A stretch of 46,975 nucleotides of DNA from the NCBI GenBank assembly GCA_031361905.1, contig JANLRV010000030.1:1-46975 (forward strand). Reading direction: 5' to 3'. Origin of the DNA: Actinomycetes bacterium. Lineage in GTDB: Bacteria; Actinomycetota; Thermoleophilia; Gaiellales; JALYLC01. Made by a program: the position numbers and the translations under genes. The notes beneath the pieces were generated by a model, which was not told the DNA's origin, did not search any database, and was given only the letters and a program-made list of their open reading frames with translations. Of this stretch, positions 20,219-30,530 are shown in pieces. Positions within the stretch are counted from its first letter, which is position 1; each line of letters begins with the position of its first letter.

Positions 20219-20685
20219 GCGCGCACGCTTGCTGGTGCCACGCGGATGCGCTCGGCGAGCGCCTCGAGCGCGGGCAGCGAGCTCAGGATCGAGTCGACCT
20301 CCGCCTCGCTGAGCTCGGCGAGGTGCTCGCGCAGGCTCGCCAGGCGCTCGGCGCGGATGCGCCGTTGCATCGCCCGCCCGGCCGCCGTCGGCTCGAGCCG
20401 GGCCGAGCGCCGGTCGACCGGATCGGTCTCGCGCCGCAGCAGCCCGGCGTCGCAGAGCCTCACGGTGATGCGCGAGAGCATCGTCGGGTTGATCCGCTCG
20501 GCATCGGCGAGCTCGCCGATGCGCGTCGCGCCGCCGCGGACGACGGTCGCGAGCACCGACAGCTCCGTCGGCGTCAGGCCGGCCCCGGCCGATGTCACGC
20601 GCAGGGAGCGGCTGAGGATCGCGAGCGCCACGCGGAGGCGCTCGACGGTCTCAGTCTCGACCTCCACGCTCGCCGTGCCCGCCAT
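20215..20685 (-). CDS. MarR-family transcriptional regulator
   Basis: LTPTELSVL, IGELADAE.I.P..LSR, D..DRRS; coupled to the MFS gene. Confidence 0.9.
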   Translation of the reverse strand: MAGTASVEVETETVERLRVALAILSRSLRVTSAGAGLTPTELSVLATVVRGGATRIGELADAERINPTMLSRITVRLCDAGLLRRETDPVDRRSARLEPTAAGRAMQRRIRAERLASLREHLAELSEAEVDSILSSLPALEALAERIRVAPASVRA

Positions 20686-20702
20686 GCCTGCTCCAAAGTA
20701 GT

Positions 20703-20723
20703 TGCTTGCTGATAAGCATCATA
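20703..20723 (-). promoter_or_regulatory. Putative marR promoter -10 and autoregulatory operator
   Basis: TATGAT (minus, 20723-20718) next to inverted repeat TGCTT-N6-AAGCA (20703-20718). Confidence 0.5.
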
Positions 20724-20782
20724 GCGCATCTCGGCAGCTCGTCTCGCGGTCGAAGGCGCCGTCGTCGCGCCCGCCAGTGAGA

Positions 20783-21277
20783 TCACGTGCGCGTGAGCGC
20801 GCGGATCAGCTTCGCGCGACCGGGCCAGCGGGCGATCAGCTCGGCGGCGGTCACGTCCTCGAAGTCGCTGAGGACGAAGCCCGGCGCCATCGTGTTGCCG
20901 TAGACGCCGTACTCGCCGCCCGGCCGAAGCCTCGCTCCCAGGTAGCAACCGGCGGGCGCGAGCGCCTGCACGCGCTCGCCGGCGAGCACGTCGTGACCGA
21001 GGATCACGAGCTCGTCGCTGCCGTCCTGCTTGAGCAGCAGCAGCTCGATCGGATCTCCCAGGTAGAAGTGCCACAGCTCGTCCGTCGGCATCCGGTGCAT
21101 GTCTGAGAAGACGGCCGGGTCGTCAACGAGCAGCGCGACGATCGCGGAGCACAGGGGCTTGCCGTCCGGGCCGGTCTTCGCGTCGACGTATGACTGCGTG
21201 AACTGGACGTTTTCGGTCGGCATCGTGCTCAGGCCCCACAGGTCGGCGAGCTGGAGCACGGTCGGACGCGCGGTCAT
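20783..21277 (-). CDS. Cupin_5 (DUF985) protein
   Basis: SAI..LL, FSDMHR...DELWHFYLGDP, G.TMAPGF..SDFE. Confidence 0.85.
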   Translation of the reverse strand: MTARPTVLQLADLWGLSTMPTENVQFTQSYVDAKTGPDGKPLCSAIVALLVDDPAVFSDMHRMPTDELWHFYLGDPIELLLLKQDGSDELVILGHDVLAGERVQALAPAGCYLGARLRPGGEYGVYGNTMAPGFVLSDFEDVTAAELIARWPGRAKLIRALTRT

Positions 21278-21293
21278 CCGAGCTGCGGCCGCA

Positions 21294-21383
21294 CGGAGAA
21301 GGAGGGATTCGAACCCTCGACAGAGGTTGACCCCCTGTAACGCCTTAGCAGGGCGCCGCTTTCAGCCACTCAGCCACTTCTCC
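21294..21383 (-). tRNA. tRNA-Ser(GCT)
   Basis: GGAGAAG/CTTCTCC acceptor stem, anticodon loop CTGCTAA, long variable arm, GGTTCGAATCC; CCA not encoded. Confidence 0.97.
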
Positions 21384-21459
21384 CACCGCCACAATCGTAG
21401 CGGGATCGCCAGAACGCAGCACATCCGGCGATCGGGACCGCCGACTATAGGATGACTGA

Positions 21460-22776
21460 ATGGAGGGCCGCGAGGGGGAGACCAGTGCCCACTCGCCCGT
21501 CAACATCGCCGCTGGCTCGAGCGTGCTGTTTGCGGCGAAGCTGCTCTCCAGCCTCGGCTTCCTCTTCACGACGCTCCTGATCGCCAAGGCCGTCGGCGTC
21601 GCCGGCTCCGGTGCCTACCGTTTTCTCAGCGTGGCGGCCCTGATCGCCGGGCAGTTCGCGCAGATCGGGCTGCCGCTCGTCGCCCCGCTGCTCGTCGCGC
21701 GCCATCACGGTCGTGAGCGCGACCTGCTCACGACCCTCGTCGGCACGAGCTTCGTCTTCGGGCTCGGCTCGGCGCTCGTCACGATCGTCGCCCTGATCGT
21801 CTACGGGACGAGTGCCGTCTCGCTCGCGGTCGTCGCGGTCTCGGCGGTGATGATCGGCATTGGCGAGACCGTGCAGGGGTTCGGGCAGGGCCTCGGGCGC
21901 TTCCGCGAGTACTCGATCGTGACCGTGATCTCACCGTGGCTGTACGGCCTGCTCCTGACGATCTTCTGGTATTTCGACTCGCTCACCCTGCGCGTCGCGC
22001 TCGTCCTCTACGCCGTCGAGTGGGCGGGCTGGGCGCTCGGCCAGCTGTTCGTCGCGTCCCGCATGACGGGCTTCGGGCGGTTCGACCGCGTGCTCGCGCG
22101 CGAGGCCCTCGCGCTGGGCTGGCGCGCGCTCGTCGGCAGCCTCTCGCTGTTCCTCAACAACCGCGTCGACCAGATCCTGCTGAACCTGTTCAAGGGCAAC
22201 CGCGCAGGCGGCATCTACGGCCTCGCGGTCAACGTCGCCGAGATCCTGCTGTACCTGCCGCGCGTCGTCGGGATCGTGCTCGTGCCCGCGATCGCGCGAG
22301 CCGACGCCGAGCATCGCCGGACGACGGCTGTGCGCCTCTTCCGCGTGATCCTCGTGATGACCACGATCGGCTGCGCCGGCGCGCTGATCGTGGGCCCGCC
22401 GCTGATCCCGTTCCTGCTCCCCGACTTCCGTCCTTCGGTCGAGCCGTTCATCTGGCTCGTGCCGGGCGCGCTCGGCTTCGTCGCGATGAACGTCTTCTCG
22501 GGCGCACTGATCGCCGAGCGCCGCCCCGTGGACGCGTCCTACGCGGCGATCGTCGCGCTCGTCGCCGGCGTGCTGCTCGACCTCGCGCTGATCCCGCTCT
22601 ACGGCGCCACCGGCGCCGCCGTCGCCGCGACGCTCGCGTTCTTCGCCGGCGGCGTGGCATCGATCGCGCTCTACCGGCGCGTCGCGCACTTCCCGCTCGC
22701 CGAGCTGGTGCCGAGACCGGCGGATTTCAGCGAGCTGATCGCGCTCGCGAACCGGCTCCGGGCGCGCGTCTCCTGA
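21460..22776 (+). CDS. Wzx-like polysaccharide flippase (MOP superfamily)
   Basis: ~12 TM, NNRVDQILL, GIYGLAV..AE, LIPLYGATGAAVA; TAGGAT 6 nt before ATG. Confidence 0.85.
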   Translation: MEGREGETSAHSPVNIAAGSSVLFAAKLLSSLGFLFTTLLIAKAVGVAGSGAYRFLSVAALIAGQFAQIGLPLVAPLLVARHHGRERDLLTTLVGTSFVFGLGSALVTIVALIVYGTSAVSLAVVAVSAVMIGIGETVQGFGQGLGRFREYSIVTVISPWLYGLLLTIFWYFDSLTLRVALVLYAVEWAGWALGQLFVASRMTGFGRFDRVLAREALALGWRALVGSLSLFLNNRVDQILLNLFKGNRAGGIYGLAVNVAEILLYLPRVVGIVLVPAIARADAEHRRTTAVRLFRVILVMTTIGCAGALIVGPPLIPFLLPDFRPSVEPFIWLVPGALGFVAMNVFSGALIAERRPVDASYAAIVALVAGVLLDLALIPLYGATGAAVAATLAFFAGGVASIALYRRVAHFPLAELVPRPADFSELIALANRLRARVS

Positions 22777-22785
22777 CGATCACGA

Positions 22786-23575
22786 TCAGTCGCGAGGCGC
22801 GACGAGCAGCGCCTGGGCGCCGCGCGCGACGGGACCCCGCGCGTCGGAGATGAGCGAGGACGCGAGGCCCGCGCCGCCCGCCGGAGTGATCGTGCTCGCG
22901 TCCAGGCAGATCCATTCGCCGACCGGCGGCCGCAGGTGGTGCACCGTCAGCTCGGGGTTGATGAACAGCCAGCGCTCGACATCGAGCTCGGCGCTCGCGC
23001 CGTTCCCGCTGTCGGCGATCACGATCACGCGGGTGAGGCTGTCCGGCTCCTCGCCGGGGAAGAGCGGGTGACGCAGGCGCGTCCACACCGCCGCCGGGCC
23101 CGGCTCGCCGAAGCTCCCGCGCGCGAAGCGCCACTCGATGCTGCGCACGTACCCCGACTCGGACCACGGCAGCGGGATCTCGGCCGCGTGCGCGGGCAGA
23201 GCGGGCACGGGCGGAGCGCTGCCGAGCGGGCGCCTGGGAGCCCCGCACGCTCCAGGCGCGCGCTCGCATCACCTCGCGGCCGTCGGCGCGCATCGTCGCC
23301 TCTCGCAGCTCGACGCTGCGACCCGGCCGCGCGACTGCCGCCTCGACCTCGAGCTCGCCGACCGGCACGGGACCGAGCAGCTCGAACGTCGAGCGGGCGA
23401 GCACGCGGCCGTCGTCCGGTGCGACGTCGCGCATCGCCCGCGCGAGCAGCGCAGAGGGCGGCCCGCCGTGCTGGTGCCGCGCGTCCCACGGTCCCTCCGT
23501 GTGCGATGTCGCGCGATACCGCCCGCCGCCGAGCGGCACGAAGTACGCGTCGTCAGCGCCCGTCGTCAGAGGCAA
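22786..23575 (-). pseudogene. Double hot-dog thioesterase family gene with a frameshift near 23225 (pseudogene or sequencing error)
   Basis: N-half (GPW..QHGGPPSALL, RPGRSVEL) in ORF 22727..23575; C-half (ADSGNG, FINPELTVH.LRPP.GEW) in ORF 22786..23208, a different frame. Confidence 0.75.
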
Positions 23576-23585
23576 GCACTCCCGG

Positions 23586-24686
23586 TCAGATCAGCGAGCG
23601 GAAGAGCGCATCGTAGCGACCGAGCATCCGCTCGAGCGAGAACGTGCGGGAGGCCCGGCGGAAGCCTGCCTCGCCGAGCTCGCGTGCGCGTGCGGGATCC
23701 GCGGCGAGCTCGGCCAGCGCGCCTGCGAGCGCCCCGGGATCGCGGGGCGGGATCAGCCTTCCCGTGACGCCCTCGACGATCAGGTCGGGGATCCCGCCGA
23801 CGCGCGTCGCGATCACCGGAAGCTGCGCGGCCATCGCCTCGAGGATCGAGTACGGCAGGCCTTCCCAGTCGGAGATCAGCGAGAACGCGTCGCAGTCCGC
23901 GAGCTGCGCGGGGACGTCGTCGCGGCTGCCGAGGAAGGTCGCACGCCCCTCGAGCCCGAGCTCGGCACGCAGCCCTTCGAGCTGCTCGCGGTCGGGCCCC
24001 TCGCCGAACACGCGCAGCGTCCACGGCGCGGTCTCGGGCAGCGCCAGCGCGCGCAGCATCGTGTCGATGTCCTTGGGCGGCGCAAGCCGGGCGGTGCAGC
24101 CGAGCACGAGCTCGCGCCCCGCGGGGCGCCGTGCCGGGGTGCCCGGGTCAACTGTGACGCCGTTGTGGATCAGATGAAGCTTGCCGGCAGGCGCGATCCG
24201 GCGCTCGCGGGCGAGCTTGAGATCCCAGCTCGAGACGCACACGATCGCCTGGCAGAGCGGGGCGCAGGCGCGCTCGGCGTTCGTGTAGAACGCGCCGGCC
24301 TTGCCGCCGCGGCCCGAGAAGGCCCAGCCGTGGGCCGTGAACACGACCGGGATGTGCAGCCCCGCGAGCGCGACGCGCGCGAGCACGCCGGCCTTCGACG
24401 AGTTGAGCTGCACGAGCTCGGGGCGAACGGTGCGGACGAGCGCGCGCAGCTCCCGCACCGCCGCCGCGTCGCTGCGCGGCTCGAGGTCGCGCGCGAGGTA
24501 CTCGACGTGGTGGAACGGCAGCCCCCCCGCGGCGCAGGCGTCGACGAGCGCTCCCTCGGGCCCGTGGGCGGCGACGTGCACGTCGTAGCGATCGGCAAGG
24601 CCACGGGCGAGCGCGCCGACGAACGTCTGGGCGCCGCCCGCCTCGGCGAGCGTGACGACGAGCAGGATGCGAGGCCGAGCGGTCAG
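23586..24686 (-). CDS. GT4 family glycosyltransferase
   Basis: ILLVVT.AEAGGAQ, SSKAG, FTAHGW, IHNGV, EGLPYSILEAMA; start uncertain, in-frame CTG at 24686 overlaps the upstream TGA. Confidence 0.9.
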   Translation of the reverse strand: MTARPRILLVVTLAEAGGAQTFVGALARGLADRYDVHVAAHGPEGALVDACAAGGLPFHHVEYLARDLEPRSDAAAVRELRALVRTVRPELVQLNSSKAGVLARVALAGLHIPVVFTAHGWAFSGRGGKAGAFYTNAERACAPLCQAIVCVSSWDLKLARERRIAPAGKLHLIHNGVTVDPGTPARRPAGRELVLGCTARLAPPKDIDTMLRALALPETAPWTLRVFGEGPDREQLEGLRAELGLEGRATFLGSRDDVPAQLADCDAFSLISDWEGLPYSILEAMAAQLPVIATRVGGIPDLIVEGVTGRLIPPRDPGALAGALAELAADPARARELGEAGFRRASRTFSLERMLGRYDALFRSLI

Positions 24687-25537
24687 AGGCTCGCTTCGAC
24701 CCGTCGACTGCGCCGGCCGAGCGGCGCGCGGTCGGTTGCTCCGTCGAGCCGTCCCGCGAACACCCACAGCGGATCGCTCGCCTCGACGATGGTCCGGCGC
24801 AGCTCGAAGGGCTCCGCGAACGGAATCCGATTCGCCCCGAACTCGCACGTCAGCGCCGCGCTGAAACCCGCCTCGCGCACGAGCTGCACGTCGCGCGTCG
24901 AGTGATAGCCGGCCGGATAGCAGAACAGCCGGGCCTCGCGTCCGAGCTCGTGCTCGACCACGCGCTTCGACTCGCGGATCTCGTGCTCGGCCTGCTCCCG
25001 GCTCACGCGCGGGAGGATCGGGTGGGTCATCGTGTGCGGCTCGAAGCGGATCGCGCTGCGGGCCTCCACGGATCGCATGTCGTCCCAGCCGATCAGCGGA
25101 GGCATCTCGCCCGCGGGGTACCAGTCGAAGTGCACGTCGCCCGCGATCGCGCCGGGCACCACGAACACCATGGCCGGCCAGCCTCGCCGCTCGAGCTCGG
25201 GGATCGCCATCTCGAGCACATCCTGGTAGCCGTCGTCGAACGTCAGCGCGATGCCCGCCGCATCTGCGCCGAGCTCGGCGTCGGGCAGGTCGTAGAGGTC
25301 GATCACGGGCAGCCCCGAGGCCTCGATCGCATCGAGCTGGCGCAGGAAGGCACGCGGCGAGATCGCCAGCGGATCGGTCGACTCGGCGATCCGATGCCAG
25401 TAGAGGATGCGCAACCCGGCGGCCCGGTGGCGCGTGCGCACGCGGTGCACGGCGACCTGGCCGGCGACGAGCGTCGCCTTGGCGAGGCCGATGCCGGGAC
25501 GTCGACGCGGAACGCGCGACAGGTCAGAGCTCGCCAT
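24683..25537 (-). CDS. Polysaccharide deacetylase (CE4/NodB, IcaB-like)
   Basis: ILYWHRI, LTFDDG, HTMTH, FCYPAG. Confidence 0.9.
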   Translation of the reverse strand: MASSDLSRVPRRRPGIGLAKATLVAGQVAVHRVRTRHRAAGLRILYWHRIAESTDPLAISPRAFLRQLDAIEASGLPVIDLYDLPDAELGADAAGIALTFDDGYQDVLEMAIPELERRGWPAMVFVVPGAIAGDVHFDWYPAGEMPPLIGWDDMRSVEARSAIRFEPHTMTHPILPRVSREQAEHEIRESKRVVEHELGREARLFCYPAGYHSTRDVQLVREAGFSAALTCEFGANRIPFAEPFELRRTIVEASDPLWVFAGRLDGATDRAPLGRRSRRVEASL

Positions 25538-27000
25538 CAACCGACTCTAACCCGGGTCCCGGGTCGCGTGGAAGCCCCCATCGGCCGCCGGCCGTCCGGC
25601 TGTTTCGCGTCGAGCAGCGCGCAGCACCAGATCAACGGCGCGAGCACCCAGAGGTGTCGCCAGTGCAGCGTGTCGACGAAGATCCCGTTGAGCGACAGGC
25701 CCGCCCAGGCGCTCACGAGCGCGGCCGAGCCGATGCCGTGCAGATCGGCATCGCGCATCGCGGCGGAGGCGCCGATCACGAGCGTGCCGACGATCAGCAC
25801 GATCAAGAGGCCCGCGCCGATCAGGCCCTGCTCGAAGATCACGCGCACGTAGGTCGAGTGGGTCGAGTAGGCCAGCTCGACCTCGGCCGAGCCCGGGCCG
25901 TGCCCGAGCGTCTTCTCGGTCATCCGGTGAAGCGCCTCGTCCTGGGCGCCGAAGCGGTGGGTGTCGTAGCGCTGCTCGGCCTTCGCGCGCTGGCCGAGGA
26001 AGCCGAGCGAGTCGGTGGCGGCGAGCAGGCCGAAGGCGAGCGCGCCGCTGACGACGAGCACGGCGATCGCCCGCAGCATCGGGCCGATGCCCTGGTGGCG
26101 CCACAGGTAGATGAAGACGATGCCGAGCAAGGTGACCACGAGGTTGCCCCAGGCGGCGCGTGAGAACGAGAACACGACGCCGCTCGAGCACGCGGCGAGC
26201 AGCACGAAGAGGCGTCGCGTCGAGTAGCCGAGCAAGCGTGGGCGCGCGATCTCCTCGAGCAGGATCGCGGCTGCCGGCACGAGGAACGGCCCGAACACGT
26301 TGGGGTCCTTGAAGAGGCCCTGCGCGCGCGAGTTCTGGTAGATCATGAAGCCGAGGCCCGGCAGGTGCGCTTTCAGCGCGAGCACCGCGATCACCGCGGA
26401 GCCCGCCGCCGCGAGGATGTAGGCCTTGATCATCAGCTGCGTCAGGCGCTCGCTCGCGAACATGCCCGAGAGCCAGACCGCGGAGAGGATCAGGAAGAGG
26501 CTCACCCCCGCGAAGCGGAACGAGCCGGCCGGGGTCTTCGAGTTGATCATCGAGATCATCGTGATCAGGGCCAGACCCCAGAGCGCGATCTGCGAGCTCG
26601 GCGGCACGTGCAGCTTCGCGAACGGTCGGCGGACGCTGCCGAGCGCCATCAGGGCGAGCAGCAGGATGTCGTAGGGCGCCGGCTCGACGCGGACGACCGG
26701 CAGCAGCGCGAACGCGCAGACCAAGACCCAGGCCGGCCGGTACGCGACGAGCGGGAGCAGCACGAACGCCACGGCGAAGACGAACGGCAGCGCCGTGACG
26801 ACGATCGGAGGCACGCGGGGGAGCGCGACGGCGAGCACGCCGCCGAGCACCACGGCGACGACGAGCCACGCGGCGAACAGGAGCCTGCCGCTGCTCGCGG
26901 GCCGGCCGAGCTGGCTGCGGACGGTTGCCATTGCTATCGGATCGTCGAAGGCGGTCGCTGCGGGGCCACTGTTACGCGGTGGACCCGTAGCCGTAGCCAT
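25537..27000 (-). CDS. Wzy polymerase / O-antigen ligase family membrane protein
   Basis: RAQGLFKDPNVFG, FSFSRAAW, LGHGPG, HSTYV...EQG..G. Confidence 0.85.
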   Translation of the reverse strand: MATATGPPRNSGPAATAFDDPIAMATVRSQLGRPASSGRLLFAAWLVVAVVLGGVLAVALPRVPPIVVTALPFVFAVAFVLLPLVAYRPAWVLVCAFALLPVVRVEPAPYDILLLALMALGSVRRPFAKLHVPPSSQIALWGLALITMISMINSKTPAGSFRFAGVSLFLILSAVWLSGMFASERLTQLMIKAYILAAAGSAVIAVLALKAHLPGLGFMIYQNSRAQGLFKDPNVFGPFLVPAAAILLEEIARPRLLGYSTRRLFVLLAACSSGVVFSFSRAAWGNLVVTLLGIVFIYLWRHQGIGPMLRAIAVLVVSGALAFGLLAATDSLGFLGQRAKAEQRYDTHRFGAQDEALHRMTEKTLGHGPGSAEVELAYSTHSTYVRVIFEQGLIGAGLLIVLIVGTLVIGASAAMRDADLHGIGSAALVSAWAGLSLNGIFVDTLHWRHLWVLAPLIWCCALLDAKQPDGRRPMGASTRPGTRVRVG

Positions 27001-28591
27001 AGCCGAACCCGTGCTCGGCGGACGAGCTCGGCGGGTTCGTCACGATCAGGCCGATCGGCGTGATCTCGGCGCCCTCGAGGACGTTCATCGCGCGCCGGGC
27101 GGCGTCCCTGTTCGCGACCTCGAGGTTCGTCACGACGATCGTCGCGTCGGCGGCGCGTGCGAGCAGCGGCGTCTCGCCTGCAGAGAGCACGGGCGGCGTG
27201 TCGATGATCACGACGTCGTAGCGGCGACGCGCCTCGACGAGCAGCTTCGCCATCGCGGGCGAGCCGTAGAGCACGGCCGGGTCCGGGAAGCGCTTGTCGT
27301 TCGCGAGCAGGTGCAGCACGCCCTCGCGGTTTCCGAGCGAGGCGCTCGGCTCGATCGTGCGGACCGCGGCGCTGAGGCGGAGCTCACCGCTCAGCACGTC
27401 GACCAGGCTGTCGCCGAAAGCCTCGTCGAAGTACTGGTGCAGGGCCGGCGCGCGCAGGTCGGCCGAGATCGCGAGCACGCGCAGGCCGGCGGCGGCGAAC
27501 GCGGATGCGATGTTCGCGACGGCGCCGCTCTTGCCCTCGGCTGCGAGGGCGGAGGTCACGATCACGACGCGGTGCTCGCCGCGCTCGATGCCGTAGAGCG
27601 TCAGGTTCGTGCGGATCGTCCGGTAGGCGTCGGCGGCTCGAGATGAGTCCGAGAAGTCGATCATCCCCGCGCGGCGCTGGCCACGCGACGCTTCGACGTT
27701 CTTCGGCACGACGCCGAGCACCGGCAGGTGGAACGCGCCCTCGACGTCCTCCATCGTGCGCAGACGGCGGTCGAGGCGGTCGCGGGTGACGGCAGCGGCG
27801 CAGCCGAAGAGCAGGCCCGCGAGCAGGCCGATCAGCGCGTTGCGCACCGGCTGGGGCGCGACGGGCGACTCGGGCAGGTCGGCCCGGCGGACGATGTCGA
27901 GCTCGCTCGGGCCGTAGTTCCCGCCCTTCGCGTTCGCCGCGTCGAGCTGGCTCTGCACGTCGGCCCGCTCGATCACGAGCGCCGCCTTCTGATCGTCGGT
28001 GACGCCGTTCGCGTCGGCCTTGTTGAGCTGGGCGTTGAGCAGTCTCAGCCGCTGCTTGAGGTCTTCCAGCAGACGGCTCCCGTCCCATCGGTCGGCCGCC
28101 AGCGCGACGGTCTGCGCGATCTCCCGCGCGCGCGCCGCGGTCGAGGCGGTGGCGGTGATCTGCAGCAGGTACTGGTCGCTCGACGGCGTCACCGTGATCT
28201 TCTTCTCGATGTTCTCGGACGACATCTTGAGCGGGGTCTCGGCCAGGTTGAGCACGACCGGCGAGTCGATCTTGGTCGCCAGCGTGATCAGGCCGGGCGA
28301 GTCGAACTGGCCGGGGTTCTGGCTCACGGGCGGCGTCCAGGTGAGGCGCGCTGTCGACTCGAACCGCTCCGGCTGGATCAGCGAGAAGACGTAGACGGCG
28401 AGCGTGATCGCGAGCGCCGTGGCTGCGATGATGAGCCACTGCTCGCGCAGCAGGCCGACGTAGCGGCGAAGGTCGTTGTCATCCGGCATGGGTGGCCTCA
28501 GGCCGCCCTGCGGCCTGCGGCCCACTGTAGACGGCAGGTGGCCGCCACCGTTCAGTCCGGCCGTGGTCTCGATCTGGTCGATCTCGGTCAT
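26972..28591 (-). CDS. Wzc-like polysaccharide copolymerase / BY-kinase
   Basis: AGGAG then ATG 28591; TM-coiled coil-PxxPxxP-TM, AYRTIRTNL, Walker A AEGKS, ADLR.P, IIDTPP, C-terminal GFGYGYGYG tyrosine cluster. Confidence 0.92.
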   Translation of the reverse strand: MTEIDQIETTAGLNGGGHLPSTVGRRPQGGLRPPMPDDNDLRRYVGLLREQWLIIAATALAITLAVYVFSLIQPERFESTARLTWTPPVSQNPGQFDSPGLITLATKIDSPVVLNLAETPLKMSSENIEKKITVTPSSDQYLLQITATASTAARAREIAQTVALAADRWDGSRLLEDLKQRLRLLNAQLNKADANGVTDDQKAALVIERADVQSQLDAANAKGGNYGPSELDIVRRADLPESPVAPQPVRNALIGLLAGLLFGCAAAVTRDRLDRRLRTMEDVEGAFHLPVLGVVPKNVEASRGQRRAGMIDFSDSSRAADAYRTIRTNLTLYGIERGEHRVVIVTSALAAEGKSGAVANIASAFAAAGLRVLAISADLRAPALHQYFDEAFGDSLVDVLSGELRLSAAVRTIEPSASLGNREGVLHLLANDKRFPDPAVLYGSPAMAKLLVEARRRYDVVIIDTPPVLSAGETPLLARAADATIVVTNLEVANRDAARRAMNVLEGAEITPIGLIVTNPPSSSAEHGFGYGYGYGSTA

Positions 28592-30429
28592 GCTGCTCCT
28601 TGGGGGCACGCTGCGAGGCGGGGATTGGCTCTCCGCGCACGCGCGCAGGCCTCCGCGTGGGTGGTCGGATCGGGGGCGAACGAGGCCGCGAGGGCCCAGC
28701 CCGTCCAGTCGTTCGGTGCGCGCCGGGTGGCCGCCAGCGCGTTGCGGTAGGCGCCTTCGAGGTCGCCCCGGCCCGCCTGGATGCGGGCCTGCGCCCGCTC
28801 GGGCGCCGGGTCGAACGGGTTGAGCGCGGCGGCCAGCTCGGCGCTGTCGGCGTCGCCGGTGCGGAGCGCGCGGTCGGTCAGGCGCGCCGACCAGAACACC
28901 GGGAGCACCCACAGCACGGCCGCTGCGGCGAGCACGATCGCGGCGGCACGCTGCGGCCGCCGGGCGACGGCGCGGCCGTGCGCCGCGAGGCCGGCGCCGA
29001 TGCCGAGCAGAATCACCGTGGGGATCGCGGCCGAGGGGACCTGCCACTGCCAGTCGACCTGCGAGTGTGCGAGCGCGCCGGCGGCGCCGACGAACCCGCC
29101 GGCGACGATCGGGCTGCGCGCGCGCTCGGCGCGGCGAACGAGGCCGAGCAGGCCGATCGCCGCGATCACGAGGCCGAGCGCGAGGCCTGGGATGCCGAGC
29201 GTCGAGGCGAGCTCGAAGCCCTCGCCGTGCGCCTGGGCCGGCAGCTCGTCGCTGCGGCCGCGCTGCTGGTAGGTGGGCCCGAAGCTGCCGGCCCCGACCC
29301 CGCTCAGCGGGTGCGCCCCGAGGTCGCGCACGGCGACGCGCCAGAAGTCGTAGCGGTTCGACGTCGACGAGTCGAACAGGTGCAGGTCGCCGTCGTTGGC
29401 GCCGTTCACCTGCTGGAAGCGATCCCAGCCGCGCGCGATGCGCGACGGCGCGTCGTGCGCCAGGGCGATCCCGCCGCCGACGCCGATCAGCCCGACGACG
29501 AGGCCGAGCATGCCCAGCGCGGCAACCCGGTGCGCGCGCGGAGAGAGCACGAGCCGCCCGTCGACGAGCGCATAGACGAGGCCCAGCGCGGCGGCCGCGG
29601 CCATCGCGAGCAGCACCTCTTTGGCGGCCTCGCTGGTTTTCGCCGAGGCCCCGGTCTCGAGGCTCGCGTGCAGCGTGCGGAGGGTCGGTGCGATGCACGC
29701 GGCGGCGAGCGCGACCGGCGCGAGCAGGCGCAGCCGCTCGGGGGCGAGCGCGAGCGCGATCGGCCCGGCGACCGCCAGCGCGATCAGCGCGCCGCGGCTC
29801 TCGGTCAGGGCCGCGAGCCCGGCACAGCCGACGGCCGCCGCCAGGGCGAGCGCGCGCAGCGGGGCCAGCAGGCGACGCTCGGCCGCGATCCCGAGCAGGG
29901 GAAAGAGCGGGACGAGCGCATATGCCGCCGTGGCGTTCGGATAGCCGCCGGGCCAGTCGAGGCGTCCCTCCGCGAACCAATCGGGATTCGGCGATGAGGC
30001 GAGCTGGAAGAGCGCGTAGGTCACGATCAGCGCGCCGCTCGACGCGACCGCCGCGATCGCGATCTCGGCGTCGCGCAGGCGGCGGACGACGACGAATGCG
30101 AACGTGAAGACCGCGGCGTAGAAGAGCGCGCGCGATGCCTCGACCGTCGCCTCGCCGGGCAGCACGGCCCAGCTCGCCGAGGCCGCGCTCCAGGCGGCGA
30201 GCAGCATGAACGCGCCGCACGCCCAGAGTCCGGGCCCGCGCCGCACGCCCGATGGCGCGAGCGCGACGATGCCGGCGGCGAGCGCGCAGGTGCCGAGCGC
30301 GAACGGCATCCACTCGTCCGTGCCCGTCGCGCCTCCCTTGGCGGCGAGCACAAGAGAGAGGGCGGCGGGCGCGAGCAGGAGGGACGCCTGCGCTGCTGCG
30401 GGCAGCGAGGCTATGCGGAGCGCCGTCAC
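28588..30429 (-). CDS. O-antigen ligase family protein with C-terminal TPR-like helices
   Basis: R...P.GYPNA, TESRGA, R..FW.VA, P..GVGAGSF, AH......LG..GL, HS.VDW.W; CAAGAT 6 nt before GTG. Confidence 0.85.
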   Translation of the reverse strand: MTALRIASLPAAAQASLLLAPAALSLVLAAKGGATGTDEWMPFALGTCALAAGIVALAPSGVRRGPGLWACGAFMLLAAWSAASASWAVLPGEATVEASRALFYAAVFTFAFVVVRRLRDAEIAIAAVASSGALIVTYALFQLASSPNPDWFAEGRLDWPGGYPNATAAYALVPLFPLLGIAAERRLLAPLRALALAAAVGCAGLAALTESRGALIALAVAGPIALALAPERLRLLAPVALAAACIAPTLRTLHASLETGASAKTSEAAKEVLLAMAAAAALGLVYALVDGRLVLSPRAHRVAALGMLGLVVGLIGVGGGIALAHDAPSRIARGWDRFQQVNGANDGDLHLFDSSTSNRYDFWRVAVRDLGAHPLSGVGAGSFGPTYQQRGRSDELPAQAHGEGFELASTLGIPGLALGLVIAAIGLLGLVRRAERARSPIVAGGFVGAAGALAHSQVDWQWQVPSAAIPTVILLGIGAGLAAHGRAVARRPQRAAAIVLAAAAVLWVLPVFWSARLTDRALRTGDADSAELAAALNPFDPAPERAQARIQAGRGDLEGAYRNALAATRRAPNDWTGWALAASFAPDPTTHAEACARARRANPRLAACPQGAA

Positions 30430-30530
30430 TACGCCATCTTGGGGGCAACCCACTGAGGGGTCAATACCACCCCAGTGATTTCCATCGGTCCTCCGCAAAT
30501 CGGCAGGGTCCCATTGTTCTAATATAAAGC

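Noticed and set aside
26976-27010. GCCGTA-like short tandem repeat
   Set aside because: Encodes the normal Gly-Tyr phosphorylation cluster of Wzc
26972-30448. Apparent 1158-aa Wzc and similar extended ORFs (49-1485, 750-2948, 43493-46495)
   Set aside because: Extensions are out-of-frame read-through of upstream genes; true starts have an SD or stop-start coupling
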